Source of the DNA: Patescibacteria group bacterium
GTDB lineage: Bacteria > Patescibacteriota > Minisyncoccia > Phycocordibacterales > JACZSL01
Length of the DNA stretch: 59,847 nucleotides
NCBI GenBank assembly: GCA_022561335.1
Contig: JADFRL010000001.1
Location: 1-59,847 of the forward strand
Direction of reading: 5' to 3'
The translations under genes and the position numbers were made by a program. Positions within the stretch are counted from its first letter, which is position 1. The number at the start of each line of letters is the position of its first letter. Of the stretch, positions 1 through 9,994 are shown one piece after another. Under the pieces are notes generated by a model. That model saw only the letters and a program-made list of their open reading frames with translations. It searched no databases and was not told the origin of the DNA.

Positions 1-2
1 TT

Positions 3-1526
3 ATCAATCCGCTTCTGGCCATATCGAATGCCGATCGTGATCTTTCTTCGCTCATCTATTCAGGGCTTATGAGAGCACAACCTAATGGGACACTTATATA
101 CGATTTAGCAGAGAGCCACAGCGTATCGGAAGACGGGCTTACCTATACATTTAGGCTTCGAACTGACGGTAAATTCCATGATGGAGAACCGGTTACATCT
201 GATGATATTGTATTTACTATCAAAAGAGTCCAAGATACCTCATTAAAAAGCCCCAAGCGCGCAAGTTGGGAAGGTGTAACGATCGAATCTATAAGTGAAT
301 ACGAAGTTCGTTTTACGCTTGAGCAGCCCTATGCTCCTTTTTTAGAAAATACAACACTTGGTATTTTGCCAGAACATATTTGGAGTGATGCCGATTCCGA
401 GCAGTTTACGTTTAGTCAATTCAATATTGAACCCGTTGGATCAGGTCCATATCGCATATCAAAAATCAAAAAAGATGAGTCGGGAATACCAGTATCTTAT
501 GAACTTAAACCGTTTAGTCAGTATACTCTCGGCAGACCCAACATATCCAGTATTATTATGCGATTCTATTCTAATGAAAATCAACTTGTAGATGCATATC
601 TTAATAAGGAAATATCCGCTTTTAATAGTGTGACCTCAAAAAACCTTGCTCTTGTGGAACTTAATACAAAATCACTCCGCATAGAACGTGTATCGCTACC
701 GAGAATCTTTGCTGTATTCTTCAATCAAAATCAAGCACCCGTACTGGCAAATAAAGAGGTGCGCGAAGCCTTTAATATCACGCTTGATAGGAAGCGACTA
801 ATCAAAGAGGTACTGGGCGGCAATGGCATTCCTATTAATGGTCCTATTCCTCCAGGCATTATCAGACCATCTCATGTTTCAACCCAATCTGAAAGTGAGA
901 TCGCTCCCAGGAGCAGAGCCATCAAATTGCTTGAGAAAAATAAGTGGAGAGTCAATGAGGAATCAGGCATCTTCGAGCGAAAAACAAAGGGGGGAGTTGA
1001 AACGCTAACCTTCTCTCTTGCGACATCCGACGTGCCTGAACTAAAAGCTGCGGCTCAAATAATTGTGCAAGAATGGAATAGTATTGGGGCTGATGTAAAC
1101 TTAAAAATTTTTGAGATGGGTGATCTTAATCAAAACGTCATCCGGCCGCGCAAATATGACGCACTGTTCTTTGGAGAAATTGTGGGACGAGAACTTGATC
1201 TATTTGCATTTTGGCATTCATCACAGCGCAATGATCCAGGTCTAAATATCGCTCTCTACGCAAACATAACGGCAGATAAACTTCTTGAAGATGTCCGCAC
1301 TATTACGGATTACTCCAAACGTATGACAAAATACAGGGAGTTCGAGCAAGAGATTGCGAAAGATATACCGGCCATCTTTGTGTACTCGCCTGATTTTATC
1401 TATATCGTCCCCAAAAATATTAATGGGCTTAAACTTGGTTCTGTGACCACTCCAAACGAACGCTTTCTTAACGTCTATCAGTGGTATATAGAGACTGACA
1501 GTGTGTGGAGTTTCTTTGCGAGATAA
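3..1526 (+). CDS. Peptide/nickel ABC transporter substrate-binding protein (family 5), 5'-truncated by the window
   Basis: Frame is open from base 3 (INPLLAISNADRDLSSLIYSGLM). SBP_bac_5 motifs LAES..VSEDGLTYTFRLR, FHDGEPVTSDDIVFT and PVGSGPY. Confidence 0.9.
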   Translation: MNPLLAISNADRDLSSLIYSGLMRAQPNGTLIYDLAESHSVSEDGLTYTFRLRTDGKFHDGEPVTSDDIVFTIKRVQDTSLKSPKRASWEGVTIESISEYEVRFTLEQPYAPFLENTTLGILPEHIWSDADSEQFTFSQFNIEPVGSGPYRISKIKKDESGIPVSYELKPFSQYTLGRPNISSIIMRFYSNENQLVDAYLNKEISAFNSVTSKNLALVELNTKSLRIERVSLPRIFAVFFNQNQAPVLANKEVREAFNITLDRKRLIKEVLGGNGIPINGPIPPGIIRPSHVSTQSESEIAPRSRAIKLLEKNKWRVNEESGIFERKTKGGVETLTFSLATSDVPELKAAAQIIVQEWNSIGADVNLKIFEMGDLNQNVIRPRKYDALFFGEIVGRELDLFAFWHSSQRNDPGLNIALYANITADKLLEDVRTITDYSKRMTKYREFEQEIAKDIPAIFVYSPDFIYIVPKNINGLKLGSVTTPNERFLNVYQWYIETDSVWSFFAR

Positions 1527-1572
1527 CTTTAATTATTTACACAGGCAACCTCTTAAATTCTACAATTGACTT

Positions 1573-3480
1573 ATGATCAACAAATCAGATAAACCAGAAC
1601 AAAAATGGAGCTCTGGACAAAAACGTAAGCCTAAAATAGCCTTCAGTCGAAAGAAAAACAGAGCCGGAGTCGGCATCGAGAGGCACCAGAAAACTCGAAC
1701 AGTTCACCAAAACAGAAGGAAACAACCCAGGCGATTACCACATGCTCCTATTCTTCCTAAACTTAATGACAGAAAAGGTAAAAAGCAGGATGATGATATT
1801 CCAGCGCTTAATGACAGTATTCGTATCATTCCGCTTGGCGGTGTCGAGGAAATCGGGCGCAATATGTCACTTATCGAGTACGGCGGCGACATAATTATTA
1901 TCGACTGTGGATTCCAATTTAAAGAGGACTCAACTCCGGGAATCGATTATATCCTCCCCAATACCAAGTACCTTGAAGACAGAAAGAGCAAGATACGCGG
2001 CGTCTTTATAACACACGGACATCTTGATCATATAGGAGGTATCCCCTATCTTATTGACAGTATTGGCAATCCACCCATTTATTCACGCCGTCTCACAACG
2101 GTTATGATAAAAAAAAGACAGGAAGAATTCCCGCATCTTCCGCCGTTAGATATAAGAGAAGTAGAAAAAGATGATGTAATCAAAGTGGGAAGCTTAACCG
2201 TTAAGTTTTTTGCCGTTACACACACCATTCCTGATTCAATGGGAATAATAGTGGAAACTCCCTACGGAAGCATCGTACATACTGGAGACCTCAAACTTGA
2301 CCATGTTAATGAAGTCCCTACAAAAGCAGAAGAAGACGAGTTTAAAAAATTTGAAAAGGAAAATGTGCTCTTGTTAATGGCTGACTCAACCAATGTTGAA
2401 AAACCGGGATTCTCATTTCCTGAGGCCGAAGTGCACAAAAATATTGAAGAGTTTATACGAAACGTAAAAGGAAGAATGGTTATCGGGACATTCGCTTCTC
2501 AATTGGAGCGACTCGTAAAGATAATTGAAATAGCAGAGAGATACAAGAAAAAAATTGTTATTGAGGGACGAAGTATGAAAACGAATATTGAAATTGTTAA
2601 AGAGCTCGGTATGCTTAAGGTTAAAAAGGATGCTTTTATCGGCGTAGAGAGAATAAGTGATTATCCTGATGATAAAATTCTTGTGCTTGCAACCGGAGCG
2701 CAAGGAGATGAATATTCTGCACTCATGCGTATGGCCTCAGGTACCCATCGGCAATTCAAAATAAAGGAGGGCGACACTATTCTCCTTTCTTCTTCAATTA
2801 TCCCCGGCAATGAACGCGCTGTGCAAAAACTGAAGGACAATCTTTCGAGACGAGGTGCTAATATCATTCACTACCAAATTGCCGGGGTTCATTCAAGCGG
2901 ACACGCGAATAGGGAGGAGGCCGCATGGATACTTAAGAAAGTAAATCCAAAATTCTTTATGCCGCAGCACGGATACCACTACATGCTCCGCGTACACACC
3001 GACATCGCAATGTCATCCAATATACCCGAAAAGAACATAATCATTCCAGACAACGGTTCAATTATAGAAATTCAAGACAAAGGAGCAAAAATTGTAAAGC
3101 TTAAGGAAAAAGCTCCTTCGAGTCTCAGAATGGTTGACGGATTTTCAATTGGAGATATGCAGGAGGTGGTCATACGTGACCGAAAGATGCTCTCCCAAGA
3201 GGGTATATTTGTAATCATTGTAACCATTAATCTTAAAACAGGTAAACTCAGAAAATCACCTGATATTATTTCGCGCGGATTTGTGTATTTACGCGAATCT
3301 CAGGAGCTTCTCCAGCAAACCCGCCTTATTATCAAAAAGACAGTTGAAAAAACTACCGTAGGAATGAACCCCATTAATTTTGATTATGTAAAGACAAACA
3401 TAACTGATGACGTTAGTCGATTTCTCTTCCAGAAAACCAACAAGCGGCCTATTGTGATTCCCGTAGTACTCGGGATTTAA
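1573..3480 (+). CDS. rnj: Ribonuclease J
   Basis: PLGGVEEIGRNM, THGHLDHIGG (MBL motif), HTGDLKLD, TGAQG, HSSGHA, C-terminal KRPIVIPV; basic N-terminal extension. Confidence 0.95.
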   Translation: MINKSDKPEQKWSSGQKRKPKIAFSRKKNRAGVGIERHQKTRTVHQNRRKQPRRLPHAPILPKLNDRKGKKQDDDIPALNDSIRIIPLGGVEEIGRNMSLIEYGGDIIIIDCGFQFKEDSTPGIDYILPNTKYLEDRKSKIRGVFITHGHLDHIGGIPYLIDSIGNPPIYSRRLTTVMIKKRQEEFPHLPPLDIREVEKDDVIKVGSLTVKFFAVTHTIPDSMGIIVETPYGSIVHTGDLKLDHVNEVPTKAEEDEFKKFEKENVLLLMADSTNVEKPGFSFPEAEVHKNIEEFIRNVKGRMVIGTFASQLERLVKIIEIAERYKKKIVIEGRSMKTNIEIVKELGMLKVKKDAFIGVERISDYPDDKILVLATGAQGDEYSALMRMASGTHRQFKIKEGDTILLSSSIIPGNERAVQKLKDNLSRRGANIIHYQIAGVHSSGHANREEAAWILKKVNPKFFMPQHGYHYMLRVHTDIAMSSNIPEKNIIIPDNGSIIEIQDKGAKIVKLKEKAPSSLRMVDGFSIGDMQEVVIRDRKMLSQEGIFVIIVTINLKTGKLRKSPDIISRGFVYLRESQELLQQTRLIIKKTVEKTTVGMNPINFDYVKTNITDDVSRFLFQKTNKRPIVIPVVLGI

Positions 3481-3589
3481 AAAAGGAATAAGCCATACGA
3501 ATATCCTCTTCGCAGTCCAGCGCCGCTGAAGAAAATACTCCATTATATATTCGAGCATCACGGGCGGTGCTGTGATATAGTAGCCATAT

Positions 3590-4765
3590 ATGTACCATCC
3601 TTTCCAAAGGCTCCGCCGCATTGGCCACCTTGGGAATCTATATGTTGCTAACTTTCTGCTTTCTTTTCATCTCTTTTTTGTCGTTTACATAAATTCAAGC
3701 TTCTTAAATCAGTTTACTCCAGAGCGTTTTATTGGCGCCATTTACATCATCGCCTCACTGTTAGGTATCCTCTCCCTTTTTGCAATTGCATATTTACTCA
3801 CGCGGTTTGGAAATTACCGCCTCATGGTTTTTTTCACTGCGCTTCAGATAGCTTTCTTCCTTAGTTTTGCATTCCTTAAAAATACCTCTTTTATCATTCC
3901 TCTCTTCATTCTTTATTTAGTAAACTATCCACTCATTCTCTATACACTCGATATTTTTCTTGAAAGTTCGACCACGACAGAAAACACTACGGGAAGCATC
4001 CGAGGAACATACCTCACCATCACAAACACAGCGCTCATCTTAGCCCCTCTTGTCGCAGGCCTTATGATAGCCGATTCCGATTTTTGGAAAGTATATTTTG
4101 CCGCCTCACTATTCCTGATTCCTTTTCTTTTTATCATGCGGGACTTTAAAAATTTTGAAGATCCCCCGTACCATAAGCTCAAACTATGGAGTATACTCTC
4201 TTGTATTTTCCACAATAAAAATATTTACAACATTATGATGGCGCAGTTTGTGATGCGCATTTTTTTCTCATGGATGGTTATCTATATGCCAATCTATCTC
4301 ATAAGCCGCATCGGATTCTCCTGGGCCGAGTTTGGCATTATGACTTTTATTGTGCTTATTCCTTTTGCACTCTTTGAACTGCCGGCCGGAAAAATTGCGG
4401 ATCGTTATCTCGGAGAGAAGGAACTCCTGTCACTTGGCTTTTTCATTGCTGCACTCTTTACAGTATTTTTAAGTTTTATAGAAACTAATAACTTTGTTTT
4501 TTGGGCTGCCGTGCTCTTTACCATTCGTATCGGAGTAAGCCTTGTGGAAATCATGACAGAAAGCTATTTCTTCAAGCATGTTAGTAGTAATGACAATAAC
4601 ACCATAAGTTTCTTTAGAATGATGCGCCCGGCCGCTTACATTGCTGGCCCCATCATTGCAACCATCGCGCTTACCTTCCTCGACTTTAAATTTATTTGGA
4701 TTATCCTCGGCTTCATTCTTCTCTACGGTCTCCGCTTTAGTTTTGCGATTCAAGATACACGGTAG
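3590..4765 (+). CDS. MFS transporter
   Basis: About 12 hydrophobic segments; motif-A-like PAGKIADRYLGEK. Confidence 0.85.
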   Translation: MYHPFQRLRRIGHLGNLYVANFLLSFHLFFVVYINSSFLNQFTPERFIGAIYIIASLLGILSLFAIAYLLTRFGNYRLMVFFTALQIAFFLSFAFLKNTSFIIPLFILYLVNYPLILYTLDIFLESSTTTENTTGSIRGTYLTITNTALILAPLVAGLMIADSDFWKVYFAASLFLIPFLFIMRDFKNFEDPPYHKLKLWSILSCIFHNKNIYNIMMAQFVMRIFFSWMVIYMPIYLISRIGFSWAEFGIMTFIVLIPFALFELPAGKIADRYLGEKELLSLGFFIAALFTVFLSFIETNNFVFWAAVLFTIRIGVSLVEIMTESYFFKHVSSNDNNTISFFRMMRPAAYIAGPIIATIALTFLDFKFIWIILGFILLYGLRFSFAIQDTR

Positions 4766-4855
4766 AGTTTATATTCTGCAACCTCAGAAGACACCATACT
4801 GTATATTGACGACATAGTGGTATCAAACAAAAAAATATAACTGGAGCTGAAGAAC

Positions 4856-4886
4856 AAAGAGGTTCTAACGTCGTTCATTAATCTCC
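4856..4886. repeat. 31-bp direct repeat, copy 1 (att-like)
   Basis: AAAGAGGTTCTAACGTCGTTCATTAATCTCC is identical to 6715-6745. Confidence 0.9.
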
Positions 4887-4970
4887 GTCGTATATGGAAA
4901 TATGTGAGAAATATGGAAGTATCAAAAAAGCCCTCAAATACTATTTGAAAGGCTCTTTTTCCAATTAAAT

Positions 4971-5951
4971 CTAGCTTTTCTGTATATATTTCTTGTTAAT
5001 GGCAACAGAGGAATATCCAAGACCGATGAATATAAAACCAAGTATAACTAGAGAAATTGGCCAACCGATTGAATCTGCAAAGTATTCGCTGGTAATATAC
5101 GAAACATGTGCAATGAGAAATAGAGTACTCATAACTAAAATGCTCCGACTCTTCATGTAAATTGACAAAAAGAGACCTCCAATGACAATAAGGAAGTAGA
5201 GCATTTGCCATGGAACTGAATCAAATACCTGTGAGAATGCGGCGCCAAGAAAACCAGTAATGCCGAAGAAATAAAGAACGCCTACAAGTTCCTTATTCCA
5301 ACCCTCGCGGAAATGTTGCGCGAGCAGGAGGTAACTCGCACCAATTACCATTGTGAGATATGCATATAAATCTCCATGGTTATAAAATTGACCATCAACA
5401 ATTGATTCAACGAGGAGATAAATAAAAGCCGTGCCGTTTGCGATTGCAAAAAAAGTCAGAATGGCATTTTTATGAACAGAGTTCAAAAGTAAGTAAAAGA
5501 TAAAAATAATTCCAAAAGTAAATGTGACTGGCCACAAAGATACAACTTCTACGCTAAGTTCTGAAAGGGTCACCATAGCTCCCCCAGGAATTAACACACC
5601 ACCAATGACATGGAAAATTGGGCCAATTTTTTCCTCTGGTTTCTGCTTAAGTAATACTGACCCAATTGCAGTAGTAAGTAGACCAAGTCCCAATGTAACC
5701 ACTATGCGTCCAAACGATCCAATATCATCCCAGACTTGAGCAACAAAGAATGCAATGCCGATTATTACAATGACCACACCCAAAACATACAACATCTTTG
5801 TAATAGAAAAATGCGAAATCTTCTTTGTGCTTTCCTCATCTTCCCTTTGCATTGCTGGTTCAAGATTCAGCCGACTCATCACTTCTTCACGGCTTATCTC
5901 CCCCACACTCACCTTGGAAGATAATTCTTGTAATAATTCTTCTTTATTCAT
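4971..5951 (-). CDS. Multi-pass membrane protein (DUF2157-like)
   Basis: YVLGVVIVIIGIAFFVAQVWDDI pattern and ~9 TM segments; ATG at 5951 preferred over the overlapping upstream start. Confidence 0.75.
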   Translation of the reverse strand: MNKEELLQELSSKVSVGEISREEVMSRLNLEPAMQREDEESTKKISHFSITKMLYVLGVVIVIIGIAFFVAQVWDDIGSFGRIVVTLGLGLLTTAIGSVLLKQKPEEKIGPIFHVIGGVLIPGGAMVTLSELSVEVVSLWPVTFTFGIIFIFYLLLNSVHKNAILTFFAIANGTAFIYLLVESIVDGQFYNHGDLYAYLTMVIGASYLLLAQHFREGWNKELVGVLYFFGITGFLGAAFSQVFDSVPWQMLYFLIVIGGLFLSIYMKSRSILVMSTLFLIAHVSYITSEYFADSIGWPISLVILGFIFIGLGYSSVAINKKYIQKS

Positions 5952-5962
5952 AATAGTAATGT

Positions 5963-6547
5963 TTAATTTCTTCCTGGTAGAATCCACCCCATAAACTGAA
6001 AGTTATTTCGATAATAATACCGCTGATCAATATTTATCAAATTGAGCTTATCTTTATTTTTTCCTTTTGTAAGGTAATAACCATATGAAGAGCCACCATC
6101 AAAAATAAAGAAGAAGTCAGCTCCTCTATCATAACTACTTGAAACAGTAACACCGTCAGGTGATGTAAGAAGGCTGTTGAGTGTTAGGGTTTGTGCTTCC
6201 TGCAGAGTGATTTCTCTACTTTCATTCTTTTCGGTGTCGTGTAAGAAAATACGTGCAGTATAGTTTTCATTAATATCCAGTATGCCATCGTTATCTGAGT
6301 CTTGAGTTGGACTTATCGAGTTTACAACTATTTTATCATCTACAACCGAATGTCGTTTTTGGAGATAGTTGTCACAACGATACGAATAGTAATTTGCGCC
6401 GTTAGTACATGATGTATATATAAAATTGTAGTCAGTAGACAAGAAGAGTGACGGAAGATAAGTACTTAAGGCAACAATAACTATAAGTACAACTGGTAAT
6501 ATGAAAGCCAGTAATATAGCAAAATTTTTCTTAATAAATTCTTTCAT
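5963..6547 (-). CDS. Hypothetical protein with N-terminal membrane anchor
   Basis: 194-aa ORF, N-terminal TM helix, directly upstream of the DUF2157-like gene. Confidence 0.75.
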   Translation of the reverse strand: MKEFIKKNFAILLAFILPVVLIVIVALSTYLPSLFLSTDYNFIYTSCTNGANYYSYRCDNYLQKRHSVVDDKIVVNSISPTQDSDNDGILDINENYTARIFLHDTEKNESREITLQEAQTLTLNSLLTSPDGVTVSSSYDRGADFFFIFDGGSSYGYYLTKGKNKDKLNLINIDQRYYYRNNFQFMGWILPGRN

Positions 6548-6714
6548 ATTTTAAATAATAGTACATTTTTGGAATAAAACATACTAGTCATGTGCGTTGT
6601 CTAAAACCACAGGTTCTAACATAGTTCCGCAATCATCCCTCGACACCCACCTATTTACATGTTTTTGCAAACTCTGTCATACATTGCATATACTGCATAT
6701 TCTTCTGATCTAGA

Positions 6715-6745
6715 AAAGAGGTTCTAACGTCGTTCATTAATCTCC
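6715..6745. repeat. 31-bp direct repeat, copy 2 (att-like)
   Basis: Identical to 4856-4886; a degenerate third copy lies at 6611-6627. Confidence 0.9.
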
Positions 6746-6910
6746 TGCCAATTAATAGTCTGAAAATAGTTTCCCCCCTCGCTGTGATCAGGACCTGCGG
6801 TATTTTCTCTACGCTCTAAACCATTAATCGACTCACTCGGTGCTGATTCCTCAGGACAAACGCCTGAGATCCTTAGGCTCGAATGAGATCTATGGTATAG
6901 AGCGAGCTTG

Positions 6911-7732
6911 TCACGCTAATATAAAAGTATATTTATATCGAACCAGAAATCCTTCATTAGCTAAATCCTCAAGTAAACATGCGACACGTTGAGGTTTGGC
7001 TTTAAGCTCTTTTGCTATTCTTATTTGAGTTAATTTTTTCTCTACCAAAAATAATTTAAGAATCCGCCCCCGTAATTGTCTGTTTGAACCTTCAAATTTA
7101 CTTTGCTTCGAGTAGTGCTTACTTCTACGATTTTGATTCGGATATTTCCTCTTTAGCATTGCCCCATAATCCATAAGAGCTTGATACCACTGTCGTGGAT
7201 CAGTCCTTTGAAGTGTCCCATCAACAAGTTTTAAGATTTCCTCATCAGAAATTTTTCGCTTAGATTTATCAAAAAAGAAATGGATGAAAACCGTCCGGAT
7301 ATTGGTTTCTATAAAAACCGTCGGTTTATTATAGGCAAAGACGCAGATCGCTCCTGCCGTATAAGGACCAATGCCAGGAAGCTTTACGAGCTCCTCTTTA
7401 GTTCTCGGAAGAACTCCTCCATGATCATTTACCACAATCTTGGCAAGCTCTTTGAGCGATTTTGCGCGCCTGTTATAACCTAACCCCTGCCACTGCCAAA
7501 GAACGTCCCGAAGTGGGGCACTCTCAAGCTCTTTAAAATCGGGAAATCGTTTTATGAAAGCTTTATATTTCTCTTCTGTTCTCTTCGAAGCTTTCGTTTG
7601 CTGGAGCATTATTTCAGACACTAAAATATGATAGGGATTTCTTGTCCCTCGCCATGGAAAATCACGTTTGTGATTTTTGTAATACACGCAAACATTTTTT
7701 TTGAATGTTCCTAATTCTGCCTGTGTTGCCAT
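6911..7732 (-). CDS. mutY: A/G-specific adenine glycosylase (short MutY-like, HhH-GPD)
   Basis: RDFPWR, ILVSEIMLQQT, WQGLGYNRRA, LPGIGPYTAGA, IETNIRTV; no Fe-S cysteine motif. Confidence 0.88.
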   Translation of the reverse strand: MATQAELGTFKKNVCVYYKNHKRDFPWRGTRNPYHILVSEIMLQQTKASKRTEEKYKAFIKRFPDFKELESAPLRDVLWQWQGLGYNRRAKSLKELAKIVVNDHGGVLPRTKEELVKLPGIGPYTAGAICVFAYNKPTVFIETNIRTVFIHFFFDKSKRKISDEEILKLVDGTLQRTDPRQWYQALMDYGAMLKRKYPNQNRRSKHYSKQSKFEGSNRQLRGRILKLFLVEKKLTQIRIAKELKAKPQRVACLLEDLANEGFLVRYKYTFILA

Positions 7733-7751
7733 TTTGGTTAAAATATTCTAT

Positions 7752-9008
7752 TTAAATTTCTCCGGTATACGTCACTTTATAAATAACACCGGCTCTATCA
7801 TCTGAAATATACATATCGCCACCTGGTTCAACAAGTATATCAACAGGTCTCCCAAGTACTCGCCCGTCATCGGTGAGCCAGCCTGTGATAAAGTCTTTAC
7901 CTTTTTGAACATTTCCCTCATCATCTAGATCAAACCGTACGATTTTATAACCAGTTGGAACACTGCGATTCCATGAACCGTGGTAGGCTACCAGAAGACT
8001 GTTTTTGTATTCAACGGGCCATCCTAAAGGTGCAAACGAAAGCCCCAATGGGGAAGAATGCGCGGGTATATCAATATAAGAAGGCTCTTCAAATGGAGTT
8101 AAGCATGGTGCACGAATATATACATTGTCATCAAATTCAGTGTCGTGAATATTTTTTCCGTAGCAAACGGGCCAGCCGTAATTTTTGCCCTTTCGTATAA
8201 TATTTATTTCATCTGGCGGCAAATCATCACCTAAGAGATCGCGCCCCATCTCCGTTGCAAAAACTTCGCCCGTTTCAGGATGGATGGTCATAAACACAGT
8301 ATTGCGGAGTCCCGCCGCAAAGTATCCAACACCACTCCCATCCGCTTCTGATGATAAAATAACCGCACGACGGTCATCTTCCTCGTAGCAAACATTACAG
8401 GATGATCCAATAGACGTTAAGAGTTTTTCCCCGTCAGGTGTTTTGGCGAATATAATGGTTCTAGTAAAATGGTTTTTCCCACCGGGTAAATCAATGATCG
8501 TCTTTTTGTTTGATGCTTTAAGATTCTCATCATCGTAGTCATACATAGCCACTTGGTCAGTCTCAGCAATGTAAAGCTTGCATTCATACTCGATACCAAA
8601 CTCACCAAAGGGAAAGCACTTGAATGCAAGACCGTGGGGACGATCGAGTCCCTCAATGACAACGACGGTCTCATTAGCAACCCCGTCTTGATCATAATCC
8701 GGAAGAGCAACAACCTTCCCTTCCTTTGTGATACTCACAATTAGATTACCGGCTATGTCGAGTGTGAGAACCCGTGGTGCAGAAAGACCTTTGGCAAAAA
8801 TTGAAATTGAAAAACCAGGGGGCAGGGTAAGGGGAGATGAACTTTTTTCACGCAACAACTCTCCAATATCTTCTCCGGAACTTTTAATGAGAGGGATAAC
8901 ACCACTTAAGTTTTGAGACGCAAAGCGCCCCACCCCAATAACAACAAAAATAAGAAAGGTGAGAACTGTTAGTGTTACCAACTGTTTGATTACACGATCA
9001 CCTATCAC
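7752..9008 (-). CDS. PQQ-dependent sugar/sorbosone dehydrogenase family beta-propeller protein
   Basis: IGSSCNVC, GLRN, GKNYGWP, AHSSPLGL, HGSWNR, GRPVD; N-terminal TM; start uncertain (GTG at 9008 chosen). Confidence 0.85.
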   Translation of the reverse strand: MIGDRVIKQLVTLTVLTFLIFVVIGVGRFASQNLSGVIPLIKSSGEDIGELLREKSSSPLTLPPGFSISIFAKGLSAPRVLTLDIAGNLIVSITKEGKVVALPDYDQDGVANETVVVIEGLDRPHGLAFKCFPFGEFGIEYECKLYIAETDQVAMYDYDDENLKASNKKTIIDLPGGKNHFTRTIIFAKTPDGEKLLTSIGSSCNVCYEEDDRRAVILSSEADGSGVGYFAAGLRNTVFMTIHPETGEVFATEMGRDLLGDDLPPDEINIIRKGKNYGWPVCYGKNIHDTEFDDNVYIRAPCLTPFEEPSYIDIPAHSSPLGLSFAPLGWPVEYKNSLLVAYHGSWNRSVPTGYKIVRFDLDDEGNVQKGKDFITGWLTDDGRVLGRPVDILVEPGGDMYISDDRAGVIYKVTYTGEI

Positions 9009-9015
9009 AGTACTG

Positions 9016-9309
9016 TCACAACAATGCTCCCATTTTCTCCTCGTAATCAGGAAAATGGGAGTTGATTTCACTCAAGTTAAAAGATTCCAAGATAGATTCC
9101 GGAGATTCCTTATCAAGCAAAAACAAAAATGAACGCTCAACTAGTGATACTGGCGGTATTACTCCTTTCGTAAGCTGTTTGTAGTATTCCTTTTCAACCG
9201 TCACATCGTAGTTATGAATCCTGTCGCTGGCTGTACCTCCTAAAACCGTAACCTCAAAAGTCCACTCGCTAGGTGTCTCCTTATCCTTCACGACAGTGAC
9301 TCTCCACAT
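9016..9309 (-). CDS. Conserved hypothetical protein
   Basis: 97 aa; SFLFLLDKES..SIL..FNL..I..HFPDYE resembles a known small-protein family; TATACT 6 nt upstream of the ATG. Confidence 0.75.
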   Translation of the reverse strand: MWRVTVVKDKETPSEWTFEVTVLGGTASDRIHNYDVTVEKEYYKQLTKGVIPPVSLVERSFLFLLDKESPESILESFNLSEINSHFPDYEEKMGALL

Positions 9310-9330
9310 GGTTTAAGTATACATAATTTA

Positions 9331-9975
9331 CTACATAAGATGGGCATCGTCATTCCATGAGATAAGATACCACCTCCTTGTGTCTCTTTCACCTTGTTTT
9401 AACAGGCCGTAATAGCACACGGTAAAACCAGCATTTTTGGCTGGAGCAAAAACACGGAATGCATTAAATAACAAAGAATCTACTTCTTTACCATGCTGCA
9501 TAATTGAAATTAACATCTTCAGAATATCGCCATGAGTGATAATAAGTATTTTTTCTTTGCTCATTTTTGTGAGATAGTCAAGCGCTCTTCTGCCTCGGTC
9601 TCGCAGTTCTACAAATGTTTCTTCATCTGAGTGGCGCCAACCATCCTTATACAAATTCGCACTTACCTGCTCTAGAATATTTTTGACCTCGGGATCATCC
9701 TTACTTTTGCCTTCAATTTCACTTTGCCGATTTGTCTCTTGAAACAAATCGGATACTGTAATTAATTTATTATGATGTAAATTTATTATATCGGCTGTTT
9801 CAAGTGCACGTTTAAAAGGACTTGAGATGAGAATATCAAAATCAAGGTTACTCAATCTGTTTGCTATCAGGTGTGACTGTTTTCTACCCTGCTCGGACAA
9901 AGGAGAGTCAGGAAATTGGTGCCTGTTTTCTTCCCCAAGAGTTGAGAGCCCATGGCGTACAAAATAGACGTACAT
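9331..9975 (-). CDS. Histidine phosphatase family protein
   Basis: YFVRHG, SSPFKRALETA and IITHG motifs. Confidence 0.9.
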   Translation of the reverse strand: MYVYFVRHGLSTLGEENRHQFPDSPLSEQGRKQSHLIANRLSNLDFDILISSPFKRALETADIINLHHNKLITVSDLFQETNRQSEIEGKSKDDPEVKNILEQVSANLYKDGWRHSDEETFVELRDRGRRALDYLTKMSKEKILIITHGDILKMLISIMQHGKEVDSLLFNAFRVFAPAKNAGFTVCYYGLLKQGERDTRRWYLISWNDDAHLM

Positions 9976-9994
9976 CCGACAAGTGTACCATGCC

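Noticed and set aside
4856..6745. Classical integron attC sites
   Set aside because: The core GTTAGAA does not fit GTTRRRY, there is no paired inverse core or L-box palindrome, and no intI gene is in the window.
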